A stretch of 64,000 nucleotides of DNA from Methanotrichaceae archaeon (lineage in GTDB: Archaea; Halobacteriota; Methanosarcinia; Methanotrichales; Methanotrichaceae), in contig CAWEXU010000013.1 in NCBI GenBank assembly GCA_963813075.1, positions 128,001-192,000 of the forward strand, in the 5' to 3' direction. Each line of letters starts with the position of its first letter. Position 1 is the first letter of the stretch. A model generated the notes under the pieces. The model saw nothing but the letters and a program-made list of their open reading frames with translations. It made no database searches and was not told where the DNA came from. Below are positions 8,425-18,977 of the stretch, piece by piece. Made by a program: the position numbers and the translations under genes.

Positions 8425-11400
8425 ATGCAAAAGGATATAGTAATTGAGGTTTGGGAGACAGGGACAGCTGCAGCCGGGACCCTGGAATTCAGAATAGCAG
8501 TGGAGGGCGAGGCGGTCGTGAACAGGCGACTCACTCCGGTTGAGGCGATGGAGGTCAGGGAGATCTCTGCCCAGTATGCTTCTTTATTTTCAGGCGGAAA
8601 GAAAAGCAACAGCAGCAGCTATCTTCACCTCCTGGGTGATGGCCTGTTTCGACTCTTTATTCAGCCGAACTGGCAGGAGCTGGGCCCCAAGATCCTCTCC
8701 GGTGGCAGGCTGCTTGTGGTATCGAGCATACCCCAGATCCTCCAGCTTCCCTGGGAGCTTCTCCGCCTCCCTGGCGACCAGGCAATCACCATTGGCCTCT
8801 CAGACGAATTTGCCGTCCTCCGACTGCCCCGGGAATGGGCCCCTCCCTCCGGCTCATCCCTTTCCCCTCCATCCCTTTCCCCTCCATCCCTTCCTGCTCC
8901 ACCCCTCTCCCCGCCTTCCCATGAACTGAGATCTGGCCCCTTGAGAATGCTCTTTTTCTCCGCCGACCCCCAGCATTTCGAGGAGGAGGAGCTTTTCCTT
9001 CTCAGGGCGGTGCAGGGACTGGACATCCATCTGGAGATCGGCGAAAGCGCATCCTTCGAGGAGCTGAATCGGTGCATAGAATCCTTCCAGCCTCATTTGG
9101 TATACCTCTCAGGGGAGGCAAATCTGTCCATTGGAATCTCCGGAGGAGAAGCGCGGTTCGCTTTCATGGATCCTGCAGGCAAGCCTGACCTGAGGTCTGC
9201 AGAGGAGATAGCGGCGGTTTTAAAGAGCGGCGGGGCGGAGTGCATAATTCTTGGCGGGCGGAAGACGGAGCCTGATCCGGCCAGGGATCTTCTCTGCCAG
9301 AGGCTGGCAGAAGATCTGCCCGCGGCGGTAGCCTGGAATGGTTCCGTCGCCCCTCAGGAGATCATTCGCTCTCTTTCTCTGGGTGAGTCGGTGCATGAAG
9401 CCGTATGGAGCACCGCCCGAATGATGCTGAAAAAAGTCCTGGATGAAAATGGTGGAGTGGATGCGGCGATACAGGCCTATCCCTTTGTTTATGTCACACG
9501 GGAGCCGACAGGGCTCTTTGATCCCAGTAAGAAGAAAGAGGAGATACTAATAGGGTATCAAGAGCTTCCTCCAATGCCGGGGATGACGGAAGGGCATGCC
9601 AGGGGCTTTATTGACCGGAGGAAGGATTTGCTCCGCCTCTATCCCGACCTGAGACAGGGCGTAATAAACACTCTGATCATCACCGGCGAGCCCGGCAGAG
9701 GGAAGAGCGCTCTTGCCAACCGTCTGGCCAGAATGCTGGCCGTTTCCGGCTATTTTGTCCTGCCCCTTGGGGGCACTCCTCATAACCCCATAACCTCAGC
9801 CCGCCTTTTGGAGGCGGCAGGCCGGCAGCTGGCAGCGGCAGAAGAATATCTGGTGCAGGAGGGGACAAAGAGGCTCTCAGATCTATCGCTCCCGGTTAAT
9901 GAGAGGCTGGCTGCATTGATGGAGCTATTCCGGTCCAATCGCATCCTCATATTCTGGGATGACCTCGGCCTGGATGAGAAGACGGGCAGGATATCCGATC
10001 CTTATCTTGGCCCGCTTTTTGATCAGATGACAAAGGGCCTGCGTTCCAGCCGGGCGATCGTCTCCTGCCCGCGGGTTCCAGAAGATGTTCCCATTCTGCC
10101 CCGTCTGGCCAGAAACTGGAGGCTGGATGGGCTCAATCAAGCCGCTTTTCTGAGGTTCATGCTCCAGAACAGAACGATAGCTGATGGCTACCGCAAAGGC
10201 GAGATCACATTTGATGGCCTGGTGGACTTCTATTCCCTTTACGAGGGAGATCCGTCTAAATTGGAGCTGATCCGCAGCGCTCTGGCAAGAGGTCTGCCCT
10301 CCGATGGCGATCCTCTGGCCTGGCTGGTCGAGAGCCTCAGCCCCGATTCTCTCTTTGCCCTCCAATGCATAGCGGTCTACGATGTAGCCATGAGCCCGGC
10401 AGGCTTTGCTGCCGCGGCAAGAATCGATGTGGAGAGGATAGCCGAGAGCTTGCCCCTCTGGGAGGAGCTGTCGCTCTGCTATAGGAGCGGTGATCTGTGG
10501 GCGGTTCATTCCTCTGCTCGCCCCATGCTTCGAGAGGGATCAAGCCCGGAGGAGAGAAGAGAGGCTCATATGAGGGCGGGCGGATTTCTGGAGGAGATGG
10601 CGGAATCGGGCCAATCTGCAGAGCTATCCCTGTTCCGTCTGGACGGCCTCATGGAGGCGCGGGGGCACTATCTTGAGGCCGGCGACCTGGCGGAGGCGAA
10701 ACGTGTGACCAGCAGGATCAGCAGCTACCTGGATCGGCGGGGGTATTACAGCGAGCTGATCAGACTGAACCGGGAGATACTGGACAGGGAGCCGGACAAA
10801 GATTCGATGAACTGGATCGCTCAGGCCTATGCTCATCAGATGGATCAGAAGAACGCTATTCAGTGGTACAAAAGTGCCCTGGATATTGCTCCTGATGCCA
10901 CCAGCTATCAGGGCTTGGGTTTGATACAGCTTGGCCAGGGCGAGTATGATCTGGCTGAGGAAAACCTGCAGAAAGCTCTGCAGATTCATCTTGACCAAAA
11001 GGACCGGCGGGGAGAGGCGGCAGTTCTGCATGCTCTGGCCACCATCGATATGGCAAATAAGAGCGGCTCTGCGGCAAAAGATAAGCTGGAGAGGGCTGCC
11101 CGGATCCTCGAGGATCTGGGAGATAAGATGGGGGAGGCTGCGGTCCAGCAGGATATGGCGAGTATTGATATGATGCAAGGCCACTACGATTCTGCCCGGC
11201 CCAGGCTGGCAAGATCCCTGGAGCTGGCCATAGAGACGGGTGACCGGGCAGGTGAGGCGGTGCTGCTCTTCAGTCTTGCCGATGTCGACCGGGAAAAGGG
11301 CGAGCTTGCTCGGGCAACAGAGGAGCTTGATTGTGCCCTGGCCATCACCAGGGATCTGGGCGACCGCAAAGGGATGGCCGCCAGCCTGCACGGACTGGGG

Positions 11401-11757
11401 ATGATCAATTCACTGGCCGGTGAGAAGGAGGAGGCGGCGAAACATTTCCGGGAGGCTTTGCAGGTCTATCAGGAGCTGAAAGATCAGCTGGGCGAGGCAG
11501 GAGCGCTCTTTCAGCTCGGCGCCCTGGCGGTACAGATGGACCGGGTCCCGGAGGGGCTCCGCCTGATGGCCCTCTCTGCGGTGGTCTTGAGGAGCATCAA
11601 GAGCGATGAGGTCAGGAACATCGAGCCGGTGGTAGAAAGGCTGGCTTCTCAGCTCAACTACAGCCAGGAGCAGTTTATGGCCATGCTGCAGGAGGTCATG
11701 CACGGCTATACAAAAGACCGGGGCATGGAGCTGGTGAATAAGGCCTTGAGGAAGTAG
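8425..11757 (+). CDS. CHAT-like domain + P-loop NTPase (STAND-like) + TPR protein
   Basis: LQLPWELL and PLRMLFFSADP (CHAT-like); GEPGRGKS Walker A; LIFWDD Walker B; C-terminal TPRs (GDRxGEAxxLxxL). Confidence 0.8.
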   Translation: MQKDIVIEVWETGTAAAGTLEFRIAVEGEAVVNRRLTPVEAMEVREISAQYASLFSGGKKSNSSSYLHLLGDGLFRLFIQPNWQELGPKILSGGRLLVVSSIPQILQLPWELLRLPGDQAITIGLSDEFAVLRLPREWAPPSGSSLSPPSLSPPSLPAPPLSPPSHELRSGPLRMLFFSADPQHFEEEELFLLRAVQGLDIHLEIGESASFEELNRCIESFQPHLVYLSGEANLSIGISGGEARFAFMDPAGKPDLRSAEEIAAVLKSGGAECIILGGRKTEPDPARDLLCQRLAEDLPAAVAWNGSVAPQEIIRSLSLGESVHEAVWSTARMMLKKVLDENGGVDAAIQAYPFVYVTREPTGLFDPSKKKEEILIGYQELPPMPGMTEGHARGFIDRRKDLLRLYPDLRQGVINTLIITGEPGRGKSALANRLARMLAVSGYFVLPLGGTPHNPITSARLLEAAGRQLAAAEEYLVQEGTKRLSDLSLPVNERLAALMELFRSNRILIFWDDLGLDEKTGRISDPYLGPLFDQMTKGLRSSRAIVSCPRVPEDVPILPRLARNWRLDGLNQAAFLRFMLQNRTIADGYRKGEITFDGLVDFYSLYEGDPSKLELIRSALARGLPSDGDPLAWLVESLSPDSLFALQCIAVYDVAMSPAGFAAAARIDVERIAESLPLWEELSLCYRSGDLWAVHSSARPMLREGSSPEERREAHMRAGGFLEEMAESGQSAELSLFRLDGLMEARGHYLEAGDLAEAKRVTSRISSYLDRRGYYSELIRLNREILDREPDKDSMNWIAQAYAHQMDQKNAIQWYKSALDIAPDATSYQGLGLIQLGQGEYDLAEENLQKALQIHLDQKDRRGEAAVLHALATIDMANKSGSAAKDKLERAARILEDLGDKMGEAAVQQDMASIDMMQGHYDSARPRLARSLELAIETGDRAGEAVLLFSLADVDREKGELARATEELDCALAITRDLGDRKGMAASLHGLGMINSLAGEKEEAAKHFREALQVYQELKDQLGEAGALFQLGALAVQMDRVPEGLRLMALSAVVLRSIKSDEVRNIEPVVERLASQLNYSQEQFMAMLQEVMHGYTKDRGMELVNKALRK

Positions 11758-11835
11758 GGCAGTTTGCTCGCCAGGACTTAGTGATCTCCTTAATTGAGGC
11801 AGATGATCAATATAAAAATATAAATGGAGATGTGC

Positions 11836-12819
11836 CTAACTTGTATAGCCCATCTCCCCGGCCCTGGCAATAGCGTCATCCGCATCAGAGTTGCGACCGA
11901 GAGCCTTCAATGCGAGGCCTTTTTTATACCAGATTTTTGGAAACATTGGGTCAATCTGTATGGCGCGATCATATTCGGTGAGGGCATCTTCATACTTGTC
12001 CATGGCCATGAGGACATCTCCCTTGCTTTGCATGGCTACAGAATAGTCAGGAGATATCTCTGTCGCCCTGTCAAAGGCATTGAGTGCATCATCGTATTTG
12101 CCCATATTAGCGAGAACTATGCCCTTTCCCGTCCAAGCTTTGGATGTTGATATTCCTGCCATATAATCTTTGGAGGGTTGAGCGGCATCGATGGCTTTGT
12201 CGTAAGCTTCAAGGGCTTCGCTATATCTTCCCAGTTTGTTGAGGGCATAGCCTTTGCTCGACCAGGCGTCAGAATCATTTGTTTTAGCCTGGATAGTTTC
12301 GTTTAGGATCTCCAGCGATCTCTTATAGTCTTTAACCGCATCATCCGATCTTCCTATATTATCAAGGGCATCGGCCCGGCCTATCCAATCACTGACCTTA
12401 TCCGGTTCCGTCTGAATGGCCATGTCATATGATTCTATAGATTCGTTGTATCTGCCTAATTCTGCAAAAAGGAAACCCTGTGTGCTCCAGATATCCAACT
12501 CCAGGGGATTTAGCTCTATAGCCATGCGATTCGCCTCTATGGCCTCTGGGAGCTTTCCCATCTCTTGCAGAGCAATGGCCTTGCCGCGCCATGCAGCTAC
12601 CTGCTCCTGGCTTGAATTGGCGAACTTAATGGCATTATCGAATGCAATAATACTTTCATTTAGGGATTGCTCTCCAATAAGCGCCTGGCCTTTATCTATC
12701 CAGTACTCCGGGGTGTTCTCCTGGGCCAAAGCGATTGTGCAGATCATGGCCAATGCCATTATGGTCTTAATCCAAATGTTGATCCGCATAGTTGATACCG
12801 ATCTATTTTTTTTGATCAT
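11836..12819 (-). CDS. Secreted TPR-repeat protein
   Basis: Signal-like IMALAMICTIALA; repeated AWxxKGxAL..GxYxEALxAYDxAI. Start uncertain (12789 or 12819). Confidence 0.85.
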   Translation of the reverse strand: MIKKNRSVSTMRINIWIKTIMALAMICTIALAQENTPEYWIDKGQALIGEQSLNESIIAFDNAIKFANSSQEQVAAWRGKAIALQEMGKLPEAIEANRMAIELNPLELDIWSTQGFLFAELGRYNESIESYDMAIQTEPDKVSDWIGRADALDNIGRSDDAVKDYKRSLEILNETIQAKTNDSDAWSSKGYALNKLGRYSEALEAYDKAIDAAQPSKDYMAGISTSKAWTGKGIVLANMGKYDDALNAFDRATEISPDYSVAMQSKGDVLMAMDKYEDALTEYDRAIQIDPMFPKIWYKKGLALKALGRNSDADDAIARAGEMGYTS

Positions 12820-13060
12820 TTGAAAACGTCTCCTTCTAAGGTATGTCCTAGCGATATTAGGACTGAAGTACGACATTTATCGAATATAAACTTTCGTCCC
12901 CCTTTCATAGATTACCAAATGGGGGACTCAAGATTACCCATGCAAAACAGCCAAGGGCCTGAAAACGCGGCAAAATCAACCGCCGATTGACGATAAATAA
13001 AGGACGCCCGTTCCCCGTCCCCCTTCCAGGCCATTCACCGCAGCCACCCCGTCTATCCCG

Positions 13061-13128
13061 GCAGGCGGCGATCTTCTCTGCCTGCTTTGCCAGGACCTCT
13101 TTTTATTATCTCGCCCACGAACTTGATG
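13061..13128. repeat. Degenerate direct copy of the 3' end of the recJ-like gene (13254-13320)
   Basis: Both copies share gcaggcggcgatcttctctgcc...cccacgaacttgatg, with about 7 substitutions and 1 indel. Confidence 0.85.
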
Positions 13129-13199
13129 TAGACAGGACTTTTGGGGGATAAGGGAAAATCAGAAAAGATGAGGATGATTGGTGTTCGGGATGAAGATGG

Positions 13200-15356
13200 T
13201 TACATTGCCTCTGCGCCCAATGCCGGTGCCTTCAGGGGAACCTCATCCACCGAGCAGGCGGCGATCTTCTCTGCCAGCTTCGCCAGGACATCTTTTCTCA
13301 TCCCACCCACGAACTTGATGGAGCCCACCACCAGGTGTCCTCCCCCTGAGACCCCTCCATTGGGTATCTCCTCCATCAATTCCCGGACCATCTGGGGGAT
13401 GTTCATCCTCACTCCCCGGCTGCGCAGCACTGCGAAATCCGGGCCATAGCCGATGGTGACCACCGGCTTTCCGTCGTACTTCTGGCAGAGGCGGTCGTGC
13501 ACCTCTCCGGAGGTCTTGCCGGGCGGGGGGAAGGTGAACTTATGGGCGAAGTTCTCCACATCCAGGACGTTCATGATGATCCCATTGGGAAGCTTGGTGC
13601 TCTTGACATTGCCCATGCTCGCCCGGAGCTGCTCGTCTATGGCGGCATTGGCCTGCTCACAGAGAAGCTCGACGATCTTCTGGTGCCGGTCAAGCCTGCC
13701 CAGGCACAGGATATCGTTTATCAGGCCCCGACCGTCGTTAAAACGCTGCCAGAAGGCCTCATAGTCAAGAGCTAAGGCGATCTTTTTCAGGTCATCTCTC
13801 GGGAACCTGTCCTCTACCAGGCTGATGTATGCAGCAGCCTCCGGGGCCTCGCTGCGGTCGCCTATCGCGGATACTGCCGGAAAATGGCGGATCTTGTTCT
13901 CGACATCAGGGTGGATCATGCGGGCGATCTCCGTGGCCAGCATGCCCGTGGTCAGGCCGAAGTCCCCTCCTGCGTGAGCGGGGTTGACGTGGGCCACCAG
14001 GAACTGGTCCACGATCTTGTGGGGATGGTGATGGTCGACGACGAGCATCTCCATGCCGTAGACCTGAGCCTGGCGCATGGCAGGCACATCCTCCTCGGTG
14101 GAGCCGTTGTCCATCAGGATGATCAGTGGCATCTTCTGGCCGTGCCGGCTCTGGTCTTCCAGGGCGTATGTCAGGTCCTTGGTCACATCCTCCAGCTCGT
14201 AGAATGGGGCTTTGCTGGGGGCGCGGCGGTAGTTGTGGTACTCGGCATCCGGGCCGCTCACCTCGGCAATCAATGGGAGGACGGCCATCTCAATGGCCAC
14301 TGCGGCGGAGATACCATCGGCATCGGCATGATGGCGGACCACAACCGGCCGGGACTTTAGGACGGCGCGGCGGATCTCTTTGGCCACCGCCTTCATCGCC
14401 GGACGCAGCCGGTCCATGATCTCGCTTTTGACCAAAAACTCCGTTTCTGCCGGCTCAGCCCGGAGATCAATGGCCTTCTCTATCTGGTCTTTCACTGCCG
14501 AGGCATCGCCTCCCCAGAGGCGTTTCATGGATTTTATCTCCACCTGAACCTGGTTGTTGCGCAGGCTGACCTCGCCGATTACCCGGACCATCATATCGCT
14601 ATCAATTTCAGCGTAGGCCCGCACCCCGGCCCGCTCGAAGGCGGCGCCGAAGACCAGGCCGCTGTCATCGGCCAGGGTGAAGATGGTCGGACCGCCGGTC
14701 TGCTTGACCTGGATCACCTCTCCCTTGATCATGACCGTCTTGCCCACCTGGCTGTGCAGATCAGCCGCCTTGGAGAGGGGAAGGTCCTTTTCCACCTCGA
14801 CGGTGTTGTACTCCTTAAGCTCCGCCGGTTCCAGCTCGATGTTGCCGTTGGGAAGGATGTTTCTCACCGTCACCAGTATGGTGTCGCCAGCCTCCGGACG
14901 GCTCTTGAGATATTTGTTGTGGGCAAGGCCGCGCACAGAATCGGTTAGATCGACAAAAGCCCCGAAGTTTGCCAGACCGGAGACCTTGCCCTGGTAGATA
15001 TCCCCCACAGAAATGTCTCTGATGTCGCAGGCCGGATCAAGGATGTGGACCAGCGGCTTTTTGGCGCAGCGCTCACACAGCTCCTTTTTGCTGTCCAGCT
15101 TCGTCTTGCAGACCACGCAGATATATTCCCGGCCAAGGCCCTGGCAATCAGGGCAGCTCTCGGTGAGCGGAATCATGCCGCTGCCCTGGCAGACGGTGCA
15201 TTTGGTCGAGCCGCTCTCGATCAGAGACTTCATGTCTTTATCCGAAGCCTCTCCCAGGGAGATGGACTCGGTCGTTCCCTTGCCATTGCAGTTGGGGCAG
15301 GGCTTCTCTCCAACCTTGAGCACTCCACGGCCCTGGCATCTCTCACACTGATTCAT
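13200..15356 (-). CDS. Archaeal RecJ-like DHH phosphoesterase with DnaJ-type Zn finger and S1/OB domains
   Basis: CxxCxGxG repeats, S1 (FGAFVDL), HHADADG, DHHH and GGGH. Probable start MNQCERC. Confidence 0.9.
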   Translation of the reverse strand: MNQCERCQGRGVLKVGEKPCPNCNGKGTTESISLGEASDKDMKSLIESGSTKCTVCQGSGMIPLTESCPDCQGLGREYICVVCKTKLDSKKELCERCAKKPLVHILDPACDIRDISVGDIYQGKVSGLANFGAFVDLTDSVRGLAHNKYLKSRPEAGDTILVTVRNILPNGNIELEPAELKEYNTVEVEKDLPLSKAADLHSQVGKTVMIKGEVIQVKQTGGPTIFTLADDSGLVFGAAFERAGVRAYAEIDSDMMVRVIGEVSLRNNQVQVEIKSMKRLWGGDASAVKDQIEKAIDLRAEPAETEFLVKSEIMDRLRPAMKAVAKEIRRAVLKSRPVVVRHHADADGISAAVAIEMAVLPLIAEVSGPDAEYHNYRRAPSKAPFYELEDVTKDLTYALEDQSRHGQKMPLIILMDNGSTEEDVPAMRQAQVYGMEMLVVDHHHPHKIVDQFLVAHVNPAHAGGDFGLTTGMLATEIARMIHPDVENKIRHFPAVSAIGDRSEAPEAAAYISLVEDRFPRDDLKKIALALDYEAFWQRFNDGRGLINDILCLGRLDRHQKIVELLCEQANAAIDEQLRASMGNVKSTKLPNGIIMNVLDVENFAHKFTFPPPGKTSGEVHDRLCQKYDGKPVVTIGYGPDFAVLRSRGVRMNIPQMVRELMEEIPNGGVSGGGHLVVGSIKFVGGMRKDVLAKLAEKIAACSVDEVPLKAPALGAEAM

Positions 15357-15493
15357 CGCTCTTCGGATGTTTTGGAGGAATTTATAGCTTCGGGATGAAG
15401 GCGGATGCCAATTTCCGCCCATCCCGTCTGGGGGGCATAGTAGAGCATGATCCTGGAAGGCTCTAAATAAGGGGGGGCCATATCTTTGCGCCC

Positions 15494-16118
15494 GTGCGAG
15501 CAGTGGTTTTGCGTCTGGGGCATAGGCCGGAGAGGGACAAGAGGATCACCACTCATGTGGGCCTGGTCGCCCGGGCCTTTGGAGCGGAGGAGATGCTTCT
15601 TTGCGGTCGCGATGCCCATGTGGAGGAGAGCCTGAATGATGCGGCCAGGCGGTGGGGAGGCAGCTTCCGCCTCAAACCGGATGCATCATGGAAAGGGGAG
15701 ATCGTGCGCTGGAGGGAGATGGGGGGAAAGGTGGTTCACCTCACCATGTACGGCTCGAATCTGCCCGATGTGATCGATGAGATCCGTAAGAGCGAGGATA
15801 TACTGATCGTGGTGGGAGCGGAGAAGGTTCCGGCAGAGGTGTACCAATTGGCGGACTGGAATGTGGCGGTGGGCAACCAGCCCCATTCCGAGGTGGCGGC
15901 GCTGGCGGTATTTCTTGGACCGGCTCTTTTTGGGCCAGGAGCTGTGCCAGCAGTTTGAGGGGGGGCTGAAGATTGTGCCCTCCTCCCGGGGAAAGGAGGT
16001 CATCTATCCGGAGTACGGCTCGAAGAAGGAGGAAGAGGATAGGGACGATGATGATGATGAGGTGGGGGATGATGACGGGGCCGCCCCTGGCGAGGCCGCT
16101 AGCCTCCTATCATGGTGA
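15494..16118 (+). CDS. trm56: tRNA (cytidine56-2'-O)-methyltransferase (frameshift near 15915)
   Basis: [54 protein letters not shown]; the alternative frame continues DRLF..IVPS..GK. Confidence 0.93.
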
Positions 16119-16145
16119 TAACGATCTTATGAGAGTCATAGAGCG

Positions 16146-17244
16146 ATGAAGCTTCTGGTAATTGGAATCAACATTCGCCATATCGCCTGTTCTGCCTGCC
16201 GGGCGGGGCATGAGGTCCATGCCGTCGATGGCTACTGCGACCTGGACCTGGAGAGCTGCGCTGGGGATATGGCATTCTTGTCCCGGGATGGATTGACAGG
16301 TTCTGATGGTCAGGACAGAATCGATGAGCAGATCTGCGAGCACATCGAGAGGGTTCGACCGGATGCCGTCGTCCTCGGTCCGGGGCTGGAGGAGGCCAGT
16401 GTCAAAGGGGTGCCGGTGCTCAATAATTCGCCCGAGAAGGCCCACCGGATCTCGGACAAGCTCTGGCAGGCCCGCTGGCTGGAGAAGAATGGCTTTCCCT
16501 CCATCAGGACATGGACCTCGACGGAGGAGCTGGACTTTCCGGTGATGGTCAAGCCCCGGCGGGGAGCGGGCGGGGTGGGCTGCAGAATAGCCCAATCTCG
16601 ATCGGATCTTGATTGGCAGGAGGGATTGATTGCTCAGGAGATCGTCTCCGGCCGGCCGGCGAGCGTCTCGGTCATCGGCGACGGGAAAGATGCGCGGGCC
16701 CTGGCAACAAACGAGCAGCTGATCGGGGAGGGCTGGACGGGAGCGAAGGGATTTCGCTATTGCGGGAACATCACACCCCTGGAGCCGTTGCCCAAGAGTG
16801 ATATAGCGAGCATGGCGGAGCGGATCGTCGCCCGGCTGGGTCTTTTGGGCAGCAATGGGGTTGATTTCCTGCTCACTGAGGATGGACCGGTGGTGGTGGA
16901 GGTCAACTGCCGCTTCCAGGGGAGCCTGGACACAGTGGAGTGCGCCACTGGAGTCAACCTCTTCCAGGCTCATCTGAACTCCTTCCGGGGAGTGCTGCCC
17001 GAAAGGCCGGCCATCAGTGCACTGCCGGGAGGGCGATAGTCTATGCACCACGTCACCTCGGAGATCAAAGGAGAAGCTGCTCTTTCCCTGGACGGCGGAT
17101 GTCCCCCGTCCTGGATCGGTGATAGGAGGAGATGATCCCATCCTCTCCGTCCTGGCCCGAGGAAGAGATCGAGGGGCAGTCCTCGCCCGGCTGCAAGATC
17201 GGGCGGCAAAGGTTAGGGAATTGACAGCTTCATCAGGCAGATAG
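16146..17244 (+). CDS. ATP-grasp domain protein (frameshifts near the 3' end)
   Basis: VMVKPRRGAGG, QEIVSG, YCGNITP, GSNGVDF..EVNCRF; the ADVP..DPILSV tail is in another frame. Confidence 0.85.
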
Positions 17245-17831
17245 CAAAAGAAAAGATCCAGTACGCTGAAACAGCAAGAAAAAGGAATAGAAGAGCGCTC
17301 CGATCTGGGTAAAGAGTCGATACGAGCCGCTAGAATTTAATAAGCAAGATAGATTCCACTAAGAAAAGTACATGCAAAAAATTGCAAAGATTATACCGTT
17401 ATTGATTGCCTGCGGAAAAGCCAAGCTACCAGGATATGAGTCTGTAGACCCAGTTGCTTAGCAGCGTCCAGACCCTGACATAACCAGACCCTTTTTCCAG
17501 CTTCTGCTTGTCCTTTTCAGAATATCTAACCCTATCCTTCATCCACGAGTCCATGGTAAGCTCTCACTTCTCTTTTGAATATAACAATATCGGTCTGCAT
17601 GATGCGATAGGTCAGATCGATTGCGTATTGAATTGGGGATGGGATCGGATTGAGGGCGCTGATCATTGAGCGAATTGGATAAGATTATTAAGCAATTTAC
17701 AGGAATGTACCTTCCGATATGGATATAAAAAGCTAATGCCAGATAAAGGTAATATAGCATAAGCGCGAAGATGTTGGCATAAGCATTGAGCGGCAGCGAG
17801 CAGCAATTGAGCAGAAGCATTAAGCAGAAGA

Positions 17832-18407
17832 TTGAGCAGGAAAATACCAGAGGATGAAATGAAGTCGCCGGAAAGGATCACCATAGCACTGGACGAAGAG
17901 ACCGCAGGCCTGTTCAAGAAGATGAAAGAGGACTCGAACATGTCCCAGAGCGAGCTGATGCGCGAATCCCTTAAGTTCTTTGGCAAGCATAAGATGCTCT
18001 TTGAGTACTCAGAGGACAACAAGGTCTACACCCATGCCGAGATGCTCGCTGCCGGGGAGCATGTCATCCTTGATATCGACCACTGGATAATGTTTCTCAG
18101 CTTCATCGAGACTCACCCGGAGAAAGAGAAGTTCTGGAGCCTGCATAAAGAGGTCAGCCGGGCTCATGCCGAGCAGTTCAAGCATAAGCTCTTCAATGCC
18201 GAGACCATCCTCCGCCGGCTGGAGATCTGCAACCTCTTCACCATGAATAAGACCGGCAAGAACGAGTTCACTCTGATCTTCGGATCGGATGCCCCCAAGA
18301 AGTTCGTGCTCAAAGAATTAGAGGAGATCTTCGCGGGAATGGGCTTTTTAGTGGAGATCAAAGAGGACTTCTCCAAGCTCAGAATAAAGGTAATTCACGA
18401 TCTATAA
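17832..18407 (+). CDS. Ribbon-helix-helix (CopG-like) regulator with a C-terminal extension
   Basis: RITIALDEET..MSQSELMRESL RHH pattern. Confidence 0.75.
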   Translation: MSRKIPEDEMKSPERITIALDEETAGLFKKMKEDSNMSQSELMRESLKFFGKHKMLFEYSEDNKVYTHAEMLAAGEHVILDIDHWIMFLSFIETHPEKEKFWSLHKEVSRAHAEQFKHKLFNAETILRRLEICNLFTMNKTGKNEFTLIFGSDAPKKFVLKELEEIFAGMGFLVEIKEDFSKLRIKVIHDL

Positions 18408-18446
18408 GAAAAATTAATCCCCTAGAAGGATCATACCGCCGAAAAG

Positions 18447-18950
18447 ATGAACGACGTTGCCCCTTCCCAGGATCTCATCTCCCTGGCAGAGGATTTCATT
18501 GCCGTAAAGCAGGAAGAGATGAGCCGGGATCTGGCGGAAAAATATCTGCTATCCTCAGACGAGGTCTCGGAGATAGTATCTTCATTTCTCGATGATTCTT
18601 ATGGGTCGGCCATGGCCCGGGCAGAGGAGATTGCGAAGAGAGAGGGTTTGGTGCTGCTATTTATCGGCAGAAAGGATTGCAGCATCTGCCAGAGATGTCT
18701 TCCGGTTTTAGAGGATTTTGTAGCTGAGCACAAAGATCTGGAGCCGGTAATCCTCGACTACTCCCGGCCGGAGGGACTGCTTTATCATCTGATCCATAGA
18801 GCAAAGCAAGGGATGCTGCCATTAATTGCCTTTATCTTTCGCGGTAAGATCATGATGAAGACCTGTGGCGAGTGCGCCACGATCCACGTTTATGAAGAGT
18901 ATTATCGCGACATGGATCAGGAGTGCAGGCAAAATTTATATGTCCACTGA
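18447..18950 (+). CDS. Thioredoxin-fold protein
   Basis: FIGRKDCSICQ CxxC motif and LPLIAFIFRGK cis-Pro-like segment. Confidence 0.65.
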   Translation: MNDVAPSQDLISLAEDFIAVKQEEMSRDLAEKYLLSSDEVSEIVSSFLDDSYGSAMARAEEIAKREGLVLLFIGRKDCSICQRCLPVLEDFVAEHKDLEPVILDYSRPEGLLYHLIHRAKQGMLPLIAFIFRGKIMMKTCGECATIHVYEEYYRDMDQECRQNLYVH

Positions 18951-18977
18951 AGTCGCACCGGAGAGGCGAGGAAGAAA

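Noticed and set aside
13061..13320. Template/variable repeat pair of a diversity-generating retroelement
   Set aside because: Several mismatches are A in the downstream copy on the coding strand, but others are not. There is an indel, no reverse transcriptase in the window, and the target is a DHH nuclease.
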